The notes below the pieces were generated by a model that saw only the letters and a list, made by a program, of their open reading frames with translations, made no database searches and was not told where the DNA came from. The position numbers were made by a program, and so were the translations under genes. A DNA stretch of 62,915 nucleotides, from IMG/VR virus record IMGVR_UViG_3300002920_000013, positions 1-62,915 of that record. One strand, written 5' to 3'. Below are positions 36,297 through 46,886 of this stretch, piece by piece. Origin of the DNA: a virus (Duplodnaviria; Caudoviricetes). The number at the start of each line of letters is the position of its first letter. The stretch's first letter is position 1.

Positions 36297-39200
36297 TATA
36301 AAAATATTTAATAAGAAAGGTGATAATATCAATCCTCAATTATTTGAAAATATTTCATATAGAGTTGAAGACACTACTGGTTCAGGTCTTCAATTGAAAA
36401 TATGGACTAATTATCTTGGAACAATAATTCACGTCTGGATTATTGATGGAGGTTCTAATTATACAAGTCCTACTATTATTTTTGAAGACCTTGAAAATAA
36501 AGAAATTTTTTTAACAATTCCTCCTGATAAAATTACTCTTGGTTCAAATGATGAAATAACAAGTATAGATTTAAATGATCCTGATAACTTTGATTTTAAT
36601 TCACAATCTTTTTTCTTATTTACAAATTATTACCTTAATAAAGTTTCAACGGGCCTTATAGAAAATGAAACATTCTATATTATAGAAGAAGTTTGGAATC
36701 AAACATTAAATAAAATTGACTATACAAAATGGAGTGTAGAACTCCTTGGACCTTTTGATTATACATATTATTCTGTAAAAAATGGTAGAGGAATAATAGA
36801 AATAGAAAATATAACACTTTCTTGTGATGGTGATAAAAATGATACTATTTTAAAAGTTTCCTCAATACCTCCTTCTATAACAATAGGAAAAAAATTAAAA
36901 GGTCCTGGAATACAAGAAAATACTTATGTTCTTGGTATAAATACAATCTTAAACGAAATTATTTTAAATCAACCTTTAACAAAAAATTTAAACAATACAA
37001 ATATAAAATTTTGGACACCTCACGGATTAAAACAAAATACAAAAGTTTATCTGAATAATCCTTTTTTTAGTGGGACTTATGAAATTGATTATGTTGAGGA
37101 TTTTATATTTTCATTCCCAATAGAACATAAAGATATTCCTAAAACAAATTACAATGGAACATATTTTGTATATCCAGAATTTGAATGTAAATTAACAGGA
37201 GATGAAGGATTTGATTTATTTAAAATAAATTATGGTGAAGAATATCCTGAAATAATAAAATATAAAAGTTTAAAATTAGTTCCAGATTATCATTTCCCAG
37301 GTGATTATTCTTATCGTCCTAATGGTACTAATAGACTTCGTATAATATCTGAATCACAAAAAAAGAGTGAATTATTACCTATACATATTTCATTTCAAAG
37401 TTTTGATGAAAATATATTTGTTTCTTCTTTTACACTTACAGATACCACATTTTCTTGGAGTAATGATTTGATTTTTAGAGCAATTCTTGAAATAGAAACA
37501 GAAGAAGAGGAACACAGATTTGGAATAAATCTTGATAATTTAGGTTATTCAATAGATTTAGAAGAAGAAAAACTTTTTAGGGATAGTGATATAAATGAAG
37601 ATTTAGTAGATTATAGACTTTTAAATAGAAAAAGAAAAGAAATGCTTCTTGAGGGCAAAAATATTTGGCCCTATATAGGAACATATAAATCACTTTTTAA
37701 CATTTTAGATTTTTTTGGCTACAAAGATATTGGGGTAAAAGAATATTTCCTAAATATAAATGAAAATTCAGAGGATTTTAATAAACTTAAACAAATTACA
37801 ATACGAGGGGAAGACAAATATCTGAATAAAATTTCTATAAACAATAAAATTTATAAAAAAACAAACCTTCTTGGTCTTACATTTCCTATTGTTAAAATAG
37901 GTGATAATGTAGATGAATATGGAATTCCAGAAACAAAAGATTCATTTGAGTTCTCAATTGAAGAAATTTTAATAAAACTTTTTGGACTTAAAAAATTCTT
38001 AAAAGAAAAATTTCTCCCTCTTAATACAAAAATAATTGATATAACAGGTGAAGGTGTATATTTTACAAGATTTGGAATAAACAACTGGAACAATTGGAAT
38101 GAAAATTATGATATTTCAATTTCAGAAAGGATAGAATTTAATGCGCCTGAATTATTGTATATTGATTTTTTAAATAATCCTGAAAGAAGTACCAAAAGTC
38201 CTAATCCTTTTAAAAAATTATCTAATTATACAGATAGATGGGAAGTTGAAAGTTTCACGGTATTAAATCCTGGAGGACCTTTTTATTCTATTCCAAAACT
38301 TCTTTTAAAATCAATAGATTCCTCAGAATTTGATTTTAAACCTTTTATGCGAGGACGTGCAACAAGTTCCTTTTCTGTAACTCATTCAGGAATTGGGTAT
38401 CAAGTAGGTGATAAAATAACTCTTGGTGGTGGAATATATGAAAATCCTATTGTTCTTATTGTTGAAGAATTAGATTTAGATGGGTTCATTTCAAAAGTTT
38501 CAATTAAACCTGGAATATATCAAGGTAGTAAATATAGGAGTATTCCAGATATTTATTGGGATAATTATACACAAAGACCTATTGGTGGAAAATATAAAAC
38601 AATAAATGTAACACAAAAATTTACAATAAGTAAAAATGAAATTCCTCTTGAAATAGAAGATATAATATGGAAAAAAAATTCTGAAAAATATGCGCAAATA
38701 CCACAAGTAGAAATAATTAACAATGTTGGTGGCGCAAATATTGTTCCAAATGTTAAAAAAATAGATTCCTATAAAACAGGACAATTATCTAATTTTGTAG
38801 ATTATTCTATTTTAGATGATCCTGAACAACCTGTTGGGGCCCGTTTAAATCTTTCAACTGAATTTAATATTTTGTTAAAAGATTTAACAATGACTTGGGA
38901 ACAACTCTCAAATAAACAAGATGCAATATTAAAACCTTGGTATTTACCTGCACCAGCAGGAGTTGGTGAACTTATAGCGATAGAAATATTAAATCCTGGA
39001 AATGGTTATACATATAATCCTGAAGGTATAGTAGATGGTGATGGATATGGTGCAGAATTTAATATTAGTATTTTTGAAGGAAAAGTTGAGATTAAAAAAG
39101 TTGTAGTTAGCACAGTTTCAGATAGTTCAGGAATAAAGGATTTAATCACTCTTACCGTTCCTCCACAAACAATTGGTTTTGACAAAATTACAGCAGGAAA

Positions 39201-42200
39201 AATAGTAAAAGGTTCTGGAATTCCTGATGGAACAATTATTTCTTCAATAAATTATTCATCGGGTCAAATATTTTTACAAAATTATGATGGAGCCTCTGTT
39301 ACAACAAACATAATGCCAAATGATATTATAGAAATTCACGAAGGTGTAGATGTTGTTACAGGTGGTTCTGGATATACAAATATTTCTCTCTCTACAAATG
39401 GTGGTCATACACAAACTCTTCATACTATTGAAAAAATAGGAAGAAGAGATTTTTATCAAATGCAATGGATTGTAAAATTAACAACACCTTATAGTAGTAA
39501 CACTGAATTTTTTTATGATAGTGGAATAGGAGATATAGATGATTTAATTAGACACCAAGTAATCCTTCCATATACAGGAAAATATACAATAGAATTACGT
39601 TTATTTGATTTAATGAATAATGTTTCAAATTTAATTAAGAAAGACCATACAGAAGTGAAACAATATCTTCCTAACATTATTAGTCTTTCTAAATGGCTTA
39701 CAATGCCCAATTTAACATTGGAATCAAAAGTTAGACTAAACAATATAGAAGGAGATTTTCTTAATCCTGAATTAAACACACAAAAAATAAATGTATTAAA
39801 TTTTCCTTGGAATGTAATAGATTATGTGGATAATGAATATAAATTTTTGCCTGCTCCTGAATATAAAATTATAGAAGTGAATCAAGATGAATATTTAGAG
39901 GGTGAAGTTTCAGAATATTTAAGTGCAACAAAAACTGTGAAAATAAATGGACAAAAAAAATTTCAAAAATTAAACCTTTCATTTGACCCATTAGATTGGG
40001 TTTATATTGTTTTTAATGATAACATTTTTCATTTACAGATAACAAATATAGATTATTCAATATCTGGAAAAACAAAATTTGATTTTGTGGAAGAACCTCC
40101 TGCAATATTTAAAAATTCTCCTAAAAAATGGAAAATTTATAGGAAACTTTCAAATACAATAGTCATTGATGATCCTAAAGATGAAATAAGATTAGACTGG
40201 ATAACACTTGAACAAAATGAAGATGAAATAATATACAGAATAAAGAATAAAAATGATTCTCAAGGAACAATAGGATTACCATCACAGCCATCAAATCCTA
40301 TAAAAAATGGAGAGATAGGTTATATTTACAGAAAAAGAGATTTTAATCCAAGTAATGGAAATTTATTGTGGAATCCTAATGAAAGTTTATCATCTTGGGT
40401 ATTTAGTGAAAATATAGATAATCCTACAAATAGTGGAAGATTCATAATAAGAACTACTATTGGGATAGATTTACTTAATGAAATTAGGCCAGGATTCACT
40501 ATAATCTCTCTATTCATAAGTTATTTTGATAATTTAGAAGAAAGATATGATTTTAGGATTGTTTCTGCACAATTATTTACAGGAAATACGGGACCATATA
40601 ATATTTGGAATGAAAGTGTTTGGATATTAGATGTAGTATCTTTAAATACAGGACCATTATTTTCATTAAATAATTATTTATTGAATAAAACAAGCAATCA
40701 TAAAATTTGGTTAGAATATGAATATGATATTTTTCTCTCAAAGGTTAGGTATAATAATAACAATAATACAGAAATGTATATGGAATGGGATTTTTATCCT
40801 CCAAGTGAAAATTTTGTAAATTTTACTATTAACCCATCTGATGAACTTGAAAATAAAAATTATTTTTACAAATCAAAATATTTTTTTGGTGAGTATTCTT
40901 TTAAAATATTGAATAAAGGAATATGGAAAGGAGGTCAAGGAACTATTTTAAGACTTGATGACCCACATTCTTTATTATTAAATTGTGATACAAATTTTAT
41001 AGTAAAACAACATAAATTTGATAAAAATTGGGCATTAGAAAGACTTGGGAATAGCACTCCTGAATTAAAAAATCTTGGACATCTTAGAATAGATGAAAAC
41101 CCACATATTTCACTACAATCTAATATGTTTAGGAACAGGGTTGGAAGCTATGGATTTGATATAGTAAATATTTTAAATCCTACAATAAAATTAAAATTTA
41201 ATGGTGAAAGTACGACTATAAATGTTGGTGTGTCTAATATAGGTTATCAATTTTGCAAATTATTTAAAGAATTAAATAATAAATTTAAGAATAGTTGGTT
41301 TTATCTTTTTGAATATTTTTTAGAATATAAGCCAGCACATAGTAATATTTTTAGAATTGATACAAATGAATCCAAAAAGCATTTATATGTTATTACAAAT
41401 AATACATTTTCAATAGATGATACTATTTATATTCCATTCTTAAATGATGTATTTCATATAATAGATGTAATTACTATATCATCAGGTTCACCATTTCATT
41501 ACAAAATAGAATTAGACCACGAAATAGAATTAGATTGGTTTTTAGGAACTTTTGAATCTGGGAGTAGAATTATAAAAAATATTAAATTTTTAAGTACAGA
41601 TTTAGAATTTGGTGATAGTGTAAGTAGTCCTAATCTCCTTCCTCACCCAACACAAAATTTAATAGACCAAATAATAATACAAAATAATAAAATTGTTAAT
41701 ATTATTGTGAGTAATAATGCAACAATTTCTGGTGAAAATTACATATACAAAAATTATTCTGGTGAAACAAGTAATATTATTTGGATACCTGCAAATGCAA
41801 CTGCAAATCAAATTAAGATAAAAGCAAGAAGTATAGATAATTCTGTATCAAGTTTAGGAATTGTTTCATCTGAAGGTCTTGAAATTGATTTTAATGGGAC
41901 AATAAAAGAAGAAGAATTAAATTTTCATCTTGGAAAATTTTTAAATTGGGTTGGACACGGAAGGGGACAATTAGGTGGTTATGAAAATGATATTTATGAA
42001 TTGTTATCTGAATATCCTGACTTATTAACATATTTTTCAACAAATCCAAATATAAAAAATGGTTTTCAAAAAAGAGAATATAATTTTGTAGAATATAAAA
42101 ATATTTCAGATAATAATATTCATAAAAATTATAGAGAATCTTATTATGAACAAAAATGGCTTCCCTATATTGTTAGAAATGAACAATGGAGAATTTCAAT

Positions 42201-42576
42201 GACTAAAATACAAGAAAATAAATTCTTTTCACCCATTGGTATAAAACATTTATTTACTGCAATGGGTTCAAGAACAACAGGAAAATCAAGATATATTTGG
42301 AGATTGTATAAGGATAATATATTAAAATTAGAAGTAGAAAGTAAAGTATTAGTATTCACTTTTGATGAATGGGGTGATTGGGAAATAGAGGTTGAAGTCT
42401 TTGATAATAGAGGAAATAATATAAAAAATAGGTGTTCTATTAGCCTATTTAGAGACTATAAGATAAATATTGAAAATTTATTAGAAAATTCAGAATATAC
42501 TACAATTAGAGATGAAAAAAATATTGGACCTTATAATTATAGTTTTGATGAAAGTTTTGTTAATGATGAAGAATAA
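36262..42576 (+). CDS. Large baseplate wedge protein (gp7-like) with PKD/Ig-like domains
   Basis: YIGTYKSLFNILDFFGY, LKEKFLPLNTKIIDITGE, repeated NPGxGY motifs and PKD-like GKYTIELRLFD. True start is probably ATG 36268 or 36286. Confidence 0.7.
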   Translation: MQMIKITQMQTNIKIFNKKGDNINPQLFENISYRVEDTTGSGLQLKIWTNYLGTIIHVWIIDGGSNYTSPTIIFEDLENKEIFLTIPPDKITLGSNDEITSIDLNDPDNFDFNSQSFFLFTNYYLNKVSTGLIENETFYIIEEVWNQTLNKIDYTKWSVELLGPFDYTYYSVKNGRGIIEIENITLSCDGDKNDTILKVSSIPPSITIGKKLKGPGIQENTYVLGINTILNEIILNQPLTKNLNNTNIKFWTPHGLKQNTKVYLNNPFFSGTYEIDYVEDFIFSFPIEHKDIPKTNYNGTYFVYPEFECKLTGDEGFDLFKINYGEEYPEIIKYKSLKLVPDYHFPGDYSYRPNGTNRLRIISESQKKSELLPIHISFQSFDENIFVSSFTLTDTTFSWSNDLIFRAILEIETEEEEHRFGINLDNLGYSIDLEEEKLFRDSDINEDLVDYRLLNRKRKEMLLEGKNIWPYIGTYKSLFNILDFFGYKDIGVKEYFLNINENSEDFNKLKQITIRGEDKYLNKISINNKIYKKTNLLGLTFPIVKIGDNVDEYGIPETKDSFEFSIEEILIKLFGLKKFLKEKFLPLNTKIIDITGEGVYFTRFGINNWNNWNENYDISISERIEFNAPELLYIDFLNNPERSTKSPNPFKKLSNYTDRWEVESFTVLNPGGPFYSIPKLLLKSIDSSEFDFKPFMRGRATSSFSVTHSGIGYQVGDKITLGGGIYENPIVLIVEELDLDGFISKVSIKPGIYQGSKYRSIPDIYWDNYTQRPIGGKYKTINVTQKFTISKNEIPLEIEDIIWKKNSEKYAQIPQVEIINNVGGANIVPNVKKIDSYKTGQLSNFVDYSILDDPEQPVGARLNLSTEFNILLKDLTMTWEQLSNKQDAILKPWYLPAPAGVGELIAIEILNPGNGYTYNPEGIVDGDGYGAEFNISIFEGKVEIKKVVVSTVSDSSGIKDLITLTVPPQTIGFDKITAGKIVKGSGIPDGTIISSINYSSGQIFLQNYDGASVTTNIMPNDIIEIHEGVDVVTGGSGYTNISLSTNGGHTQTLHTIEKIGRRDFYQMQWIVKLTTPYSSNTEFFYDSGIGDIDDLIRHQVILPYTGKYTIELRLFDLMNNVSNLIKKDHTEVKQYLPNIISLSKWLTMPNLTLESKVRLNNIEGDFLNPELNTQKINVLNFPWNVIDYVDNEYKFLPAPEYKIIEVNQDEYLEGEVSEYLSATKTVKINGQKKFQKLNLSFDPLDWVYIVFNDNIFHLQITNIDYSISGKTKFDFVEEPPAIFKNSPKKWKIYRKLSNTIVIDDPKDEIRLDWITLEQNEDEIIYRIKNKNDSQGTIGLPSQPSNPIKNGEIGYIYRKRDFNPSNGNLLWNPNESLSSWVFSENIDNPTNSGRFIIRTTIGIDLLNEIRPGFTIISLFISYFDNLEERYDFRIVSAQLFTGNTGPYNIWNESVWILDVVSLNTGPLFSLNNYLLNKTSNHKIWLEYEYDIFLSKVRYNNNNNTEMYMEWDFYPPSENFVNFTINPSDELENKNYFYKSKYFFGEYSFKILNKGIWKGGQGTILRLDDPHSLLLNCDTNFIVKQHKFDKNWALERLGNSTPELKNLGHLRIDENPHISLQSNMFRNRVGSYGFDIVNILNPTIKLKFNGESTTINVGVSNIGYQFCKLFKELNNKFKNSWFYLFEYFLEYKPAHSNIFRIDTNESKKHLYVITNNTFSIDDTIYIPFLNDVFHIIDVITISSGSPFHYKIELDHEIELDWFLGTFESGSRIIKNIKFLSTDLEFGDSVSSPNLLPHPTQNLIDQIIIQNNKIVNIIVSNNATISGENYIYKNYSGETSNIIWIPANATANQIKIKARSIDNSVSSLGIVSSEGLEIDFNGTIKEEELNFHLGKFLNWVGHGRGQLGGYENDIYELLSEYPDLLTYFSTNPNIKNGFQKREYNFVEYKNISDNNIHKNYRESYYEQKWLPYIVRNEQWRISMTKIQENKFFSPIGIKHLFTAMGSRTTGKSRYIWRLYKDNILKLEVESKVLVFTFDEWGDWEIEVEVFDNRGNNIKNRCSISLFRDYKINIENLLENSEYTTIRDEKNIGPYNYSFDESFVNDEE

Positions 42577-42633
42577 AAAAATTAAATCTAAATTAGTTTA
42601 ATAAATTTTTTAATTAAAATTAAAATAATATAA

Positions 42634-43350
42634 ATGGCAACAAAAAGACAAAAATTGCAAGAAGACAAATTGTTATCACCTGAAAAAAAATTATTAAAAA
42701 ATTTAACATTAACTTTTAAATCAAAAACACAAAGACAAGAAGAACTACTAAATACAATCAAAAATAATACAATAGTATTTGTTTCTGGACCTCCTGGCAC
42801 CGGGAAAACCTTTCTTGCTTGTGGTGAATCACTTAGAGAAATGATTTTAGAGCCCGATAAATATAAAAAAATAATAATAGTCAAATCTGTTACAACAACA
42901 GAGGGAGAGGATATAGGGTATCTTCCAGGTGATATAGAAGAAAAAATGGACCCCTTTATGTATTCTTTTATGTATAATTTTTATGAACTTGTTGGTGAAG
43001 AGAATGCAAAAGAAATGAAAAAATTAAAAATGATTGAAATCCTGCCACTTGCTTACATTAGGGGTGTTACATTAAAAAATTCTATTATTATTATAGACGA
43101 GGCACAAAATATAACAAAATCAAATATGAGAAGTATCTTAACACGTTTAGGTACTAATTCAAAAATGATTATTCTTGGTGATACTAAACAAATAGACCTT
43201 AAAAATAAAAATTTAAGTTCTCTTGAATATGTGATAGAACTTTTTAAATCTAAAAATATTGAAGATATAGGTTTTGTTTCATTTAAAAAAGAAGATATAA
43301 TTAGACACAAATTGATAATTGATATAGAAGAAGCTTTTGATAATTTTTAA
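42634..43350 (+). CDS. phoH: PhoH-family ATPase
   Basis: GPPGTGKT, IGYLPGDIEEK, PLAYIRGVT, IIDEAQN, LTRLG and GDTKQID. Confidence 0.95.
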   Translation: MATKRQKLQEDKLLSPEKKLLKNLTLTFKSKTQRQEELLNTIKNNTIVFVSGPPGTGKTFLACGESLREMILEPDKYKKIIIVKSVTTTEGEDIGYLPGDIEEKMDPFMYSFMYNFYELVGEENAKEMKKLKMIEILPLAYIRGVTLKNSIIIIDEAQNITKSNMRSILTRLGTNSKMIILGDTKQIDLKNKNLSSLEYVIELFKSKNIEDIGFVSFKKEDIIRHKLIIDIEEAFDNF

Positions 43351-43363
43351 AACTAAATAGATT

Positions 43364-44785
43364 ATGTTTAAAATATTAAATGAAAATCTTAAAGAAGAAA
43401 AGAAAGAAACTATTTTATTGATAGGTTCTTCCATATTTAATAGGTATTATCTTTTTGGTTTTACTATTGAATTTTTAAAATATTTAAAAGAATTTTATAA
43501 TATTCATATTCTAACATTAGAATCCAAGAATTTAATTGAAAAAAATTTAAATAGTAAAAGTCTTGAATATGTTAAAGAATTTAAAATAATGTATTTAGAC
43601 GTTGAAGAATTTTTTTCTTATACAAGTATAGATAAAAGAAAAACAAATGATTCAGAAGAGATTTGTAGTATTGTTTTTAACAAAATTTATGATTTTTTAA
43701 GTAACAAAAATAACTTATCAAATAATTATAAAAAAATTATCATAATACCTGAACATTTTCTTTGGCTGTCAGAAGGAAGTGTTAAAATAAACAATAAAAG
43801 AAAAAGTTTATCAAATTTTCACGATTATTTAGATGATATTTCAGAGGAAGATAAAAGAGAAATTGATAGATTAGTTGTAGAATATGCAAATAAAGATAAA
43901 CAATGGAACAATCCACCAATGATTAAATCTTTTTTTAGATTTAAATGTATAGTTATACATAGAACACTTGCAAAGATAATATCATTACAAGAAAATAGGG
44001 ATAGTGTTCAATGTATTGTTCCTATAAATGATCCTACTATTTTTTATAAATTATTAAAATATAATAATAAATTTTTATTAAAGAATTTAAAATTTATGTA
44101 TTTTAGAAATGATTTTAGAGGTTCAAGAGAACTTACAGGTTTCAAAAATAAGTCTCAATTACAATGTATTTTTGAAAAAAATAATAATTTTTATTCAGGA
44201 AATGTAATTCCATTTAAGAAAAAACCTTTTGAAAGTTTTTTTGTAGGAAATATATTTCAAAATAATGAATGGGGAAGATTAAAATTTTTAGAAAATATTT
44301 TGTTTAAAATTTCCCCACATTTAGACAAGAATAAAAATTCATTTTTTATACCTATGACTAAAAAACATTATGAAGATAAAAATTTTAAAAAATATTGTGA
44401 AGAATTAGAAAAAAATAGTTTATGGAAAGGAGCAGTTGATGTCTTTCATATGGATATAATTAACAATTATAAATATGGGATAATTTCAACACCAAGAACA
44501 GAGAATGATAGTTTAAGTTTTAAGCCTGAAAAATATGTATATCTAAATATTTTGCCACTTTTAGAAGAAAAATATGACCCCGCTAATTTAATGCTTCCTG
44601 CTTGGACAAAAGAATGTATTTATTTCAAAGATGCAGATGAACTATTAGAGAGAATAAATTATTTTAACAATAATCCAGATAAGGCGCAGGAAATTATAGA
44701 TAGATTAAAAGAAGAATTTAATTTTTATGATTTTGAACAAAATATAAGAAAATATGTAATTGATTTTTTTGAGATAAAAGAATAA
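43364..44785 (+). CDS. GT-B-fold glycosyltransferase-like protein; possible DNA glucosyltransferase
   Basis: C-terminal FFVGN...R, WKGAV, LSFKPEKY and YFKDADELLERINYFNNNPD resemble a GT-B donor domain such as the T4 BGT C-terminus. Confidence 0.5.
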   Translation: MFKILNENLKEEKKETILLIGSSIFNRYYLFGFTIEFLKYLKEFYNIHILTLESKNLIEKNLNSKSLEYVKEFKIMYLDVEEFFSYTSIDKRKTNDSEEICSIVFNKIYDFLSNKNNLSNNYKKIIIIPEHFLWLSEGSVKINNKRKSLSNFHDYLDDISEEDKREIDRLVVEYANKDKQWNNPPMIKSFFRFKCIVIHRTLAKIISLQENRDSVQCIVPINDPTIFYKLLKYNNKFLLKNLKFMYFRNDFRGSRELTGFKNKSQLQCIFEKNNNFYSGNVIPFKKKPFESFFVGNIFQNNEWGRLKFLENILFKISPHLDKNKNSFFIPMTKKHYEDKNFKKYCEELEKNSLWKGAVDVFHMDIINNYKYGIISTPRTENDSLSFKPEKYVYLNILPLLEEKYDPANLMLPAWTKECIYFKDADELLERINYFNNNPDKAQEIIDRLKEEFNFYDFEQNIRKYVIDFFEIKE

Positions 44786-44822
44786 ACATTTTAATTATTA
44801 TTTAAATAAAAATATAAAAAAA

Positions 44823-45101
44823 ATGGATTTGCAAAAAGTAAAAATTAACCCAGACGATTTAAAATGGATAGATTGTGGGTGTCCTGAAAAAAATAAAGTT
44901 TTTGAACCTTCAATTATGTTCAAAAAGATGCCTTCTTTTATGTCAAGTACAGGAAAAGATGAATTCCTCCCGGTTGATGTTGTTGTTTGTAAAAAATGCG
45001 GAAAAATTCCAGAATTTATGACTAAAATGATGGATTTTCCTGATGAATTAAAAAATTCTAATAATTCTTCTTTTGATAATGCAACTATTTTATTTGATTA
45101 A
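44823..45101 (+). CDS. Small zinc-ribbon protein
   Basis: CGC and CKKCG cysteine pairs. Confidence 0.65.
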   Translation: MDLQKVKINPDDLKWIDCGCPEKNKVFEPSIMFKKMPSFMSSTGKDEFLPVDVVVCKKCGKIPEFMTKMMDFPDELKNSNNSSFDNATILFD

Positions 45102-45104
45102 ATT

Positions 45105-45986
45105 ATGATAAATAGTCTTGAATATCCAGAAGTAAAAACAACAAAAGATTTTTTAAAAGATATTTTTTCAAGTGAAGAAAACCTTTTATGGGGATTTGAG
45201 AATCATTCTGATGATAAAAAATTAGAAGAACTTTTTGAAAATTATACTTGGAAATGTTCAAATATTATTAGTAGAGGTTTGCAATTAAAAATTTTTTTTA
45301 ATAAAATACTCTCTCAAAATGGTGAAAATGCTACAATTTTATTTAATATGAAAGGGAATAGTAATTTTATTTGTATAAATAAAAAATTCCTTGGAAATGA
45401 ATATAATAAAATTGATAAAAGAATAGAAAATTTATTAAAAGATACTAAATTTTCTTTTAATGTTGGCAGTGAATTAAAACTTTTTTATATTCATAATAAA
45501 TCAAAACCTAATTGGAAAATTCTTAATGAATATAATATTCTAAACTGGAATTCTGCAGGCTATGACCCTTGTGATGATTATAATCAATTTTTACTTACTC
45601 TTTTAGAAGAATATAGAAATTATGATGGATATGTTTTTGAAGAATTAACAAATAAAAAATTATTTAATGGTGTTGGTGAATATTTAAGATGTGAAATTCT
45701 TGATAGAATAAATATAAATCCTTTTAAAAGATTAAAAGATTTAACAGAAACCGAAATTATAAAATTAGCAAAAGAGGTTAAAAATTGTTGTTTAACATCA
45801 TACGGATTATTAAGACTACATTCATTTAAAGATTATGAATATAATCCTACTAATCTTTTAAATTGGTTACAATGTTATGATAAAAAAGATAAAAAAAGAA
45901 TTAAATATAAAAATTCATATTTTTGGTTTGACGAAGAAAAATGGAAACTCCCAGATGAATTAAATGAAAATATAGAAAGAGAGTAA
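45105..45986 (+). CDS. Fpg/Nei (NEIL1-like) DNA glycosylase homologue, catalytically degenerate
   Basis: LEYPEV, RGLQL, H2TH FNGVGEYLRCEIL..INPF and WLQCY...YFWF. Confidence 0.75.
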   Translation: MINSLEYPEVKTTKDFLKDIFSSEENLLWGFENHSDDKKLEELFENYTWKCSNIISRGLQLKIFFNKILSQNGENATILFNMKGNSNFICINKKFLGNEYNKIDKRIENLLKDTKFSFNVGSELKLFYIHNKSKPNWKILNEYNILNWNSAGYDPCDDYNQFLLTLLEEYRNYDGYVFEELTNKKLFNGVGEYLRCEILDRININPFKRLKDLTETEIIKLAKEVKNCCLTSYGLLRLHSFKDYEYNPTNLLNWLQCYDKKDKKRIKYKNSYFWFDEEKWKLPDELNENIERE

Positions 45987-46001
45987 TTACTCTCTTTTTT
46001 T
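45976..46001 (+). terminator. Intrinsic terminator overlapping the stop codon
   Basis: 22-bp palindrome AAAGAGAGTAATTACTCTCTTT plus a T-run. Confidence 0.8.
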
Positions 46002-46011
46002 AATTTAGAAT

Positions 46012-46019
46012 GATAAATA
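46012..46019 (+). promoter_or_regulatory. Putative late promoter
   Basis: GATAAATA after the terminator and before the large structural operon. Confidence 0.6.
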
Positions 46020-46035
46020 TAAAAAAAATAAAATA

Positions 46036-46872
46036 ATGGCAAATATTACAATAAAAGAAATATTAGCAAGTGAAAATCTCTTTAATTTAAGAGTGATTGT
46101 AAATCAAAATTTTTATAATATAGCAAGTTCTGTAAATAACATATTAAAATATGTAGATACAAGTGCGACAGGAAGTGCTATAAATACAGGCTCTATTTTA
46201 ATTAAAAAATATTCAAATCCTACAACAACAATATTATTTACAAATGAAGGAAGTGGTGTTGTAAATGGCAATCAAACTATTGGCGGGAATCTTTCTGTAA
46301 CAGGAACTTCACTTTTTAGTGGTGATTCAAGATTTACAGCGGGAATTTTAGTAGATGGAACTTCACCTGGAAATCATATTTTTGATATAAAAATCCCACA
46401 AAAATATGAAAAGGGAGAGGTTATTACACAATTTGATAGTTCTTCAACACCAATTTATAATAAAATAAAGCCAAACACTTTGTCAGCAAGTCCTTCAAGT
46501 ACTAAAAGATATCTTTTTAATCCAAGTTTAATAAGTAGTAGTGATTTTCTTAAACATAGGGTGATTCGTTTAGATTTTTCAGATTACACTGGTTCAGCAC
46601 CCACAGATTGCACAGAAATTGTTTTACCAAGTGTTAGTGCTATAACTAAGGGACAAATATTAACTTTTTTAATAGATAATCATCCAACGTCAATTTCAAC
46701 TGCTAAATTTAAAATTTCAAATGATAATCTTGACCCCTCAATCACTGCTCCAATAATTCTTAATAATACAATTGCAAGCAATTCTAATGATATGAAAAAA
46801 ATATATGTTACACTTTTTGCGGATACAAATGGCTGGAGAGTTTTAATTTCACATAAAGATGTATCTTATTAA
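46036..46872 (+). CDS. Virion fibre/baseplate protein
   Basis: N-terminal IKEILASE...IVNQNF resembles that of the 59659 protein; S/T/G-rich beta region. Confidence 0.55.
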   Translation: MANITIKEILASENLFNLRVIVNQNFYNIASSVNNILKYVDTSATGSAINTGSILIKKYSNPTTTILFTNEGSGVVNGNQTIGGNLSVTGTSLFSGDSRFTAGILVDGTSPGNHIFDIKIPQKYEKGEVITQFDSSSTPIYNKIKPNTLSASPSSTKRYLFNPSLISSSDFLKHRVIRLDFSDYTGSAPTDCTEIVLPSVSAITKGQILTFLIDNHPTSISTAKFKISNDNLDPSITAPIILNNTIASNSNDMKKIYVTLFADTNGWRVLISHKDVSY

Positions 46873-46886
46873 AAATAATTTTTCAA

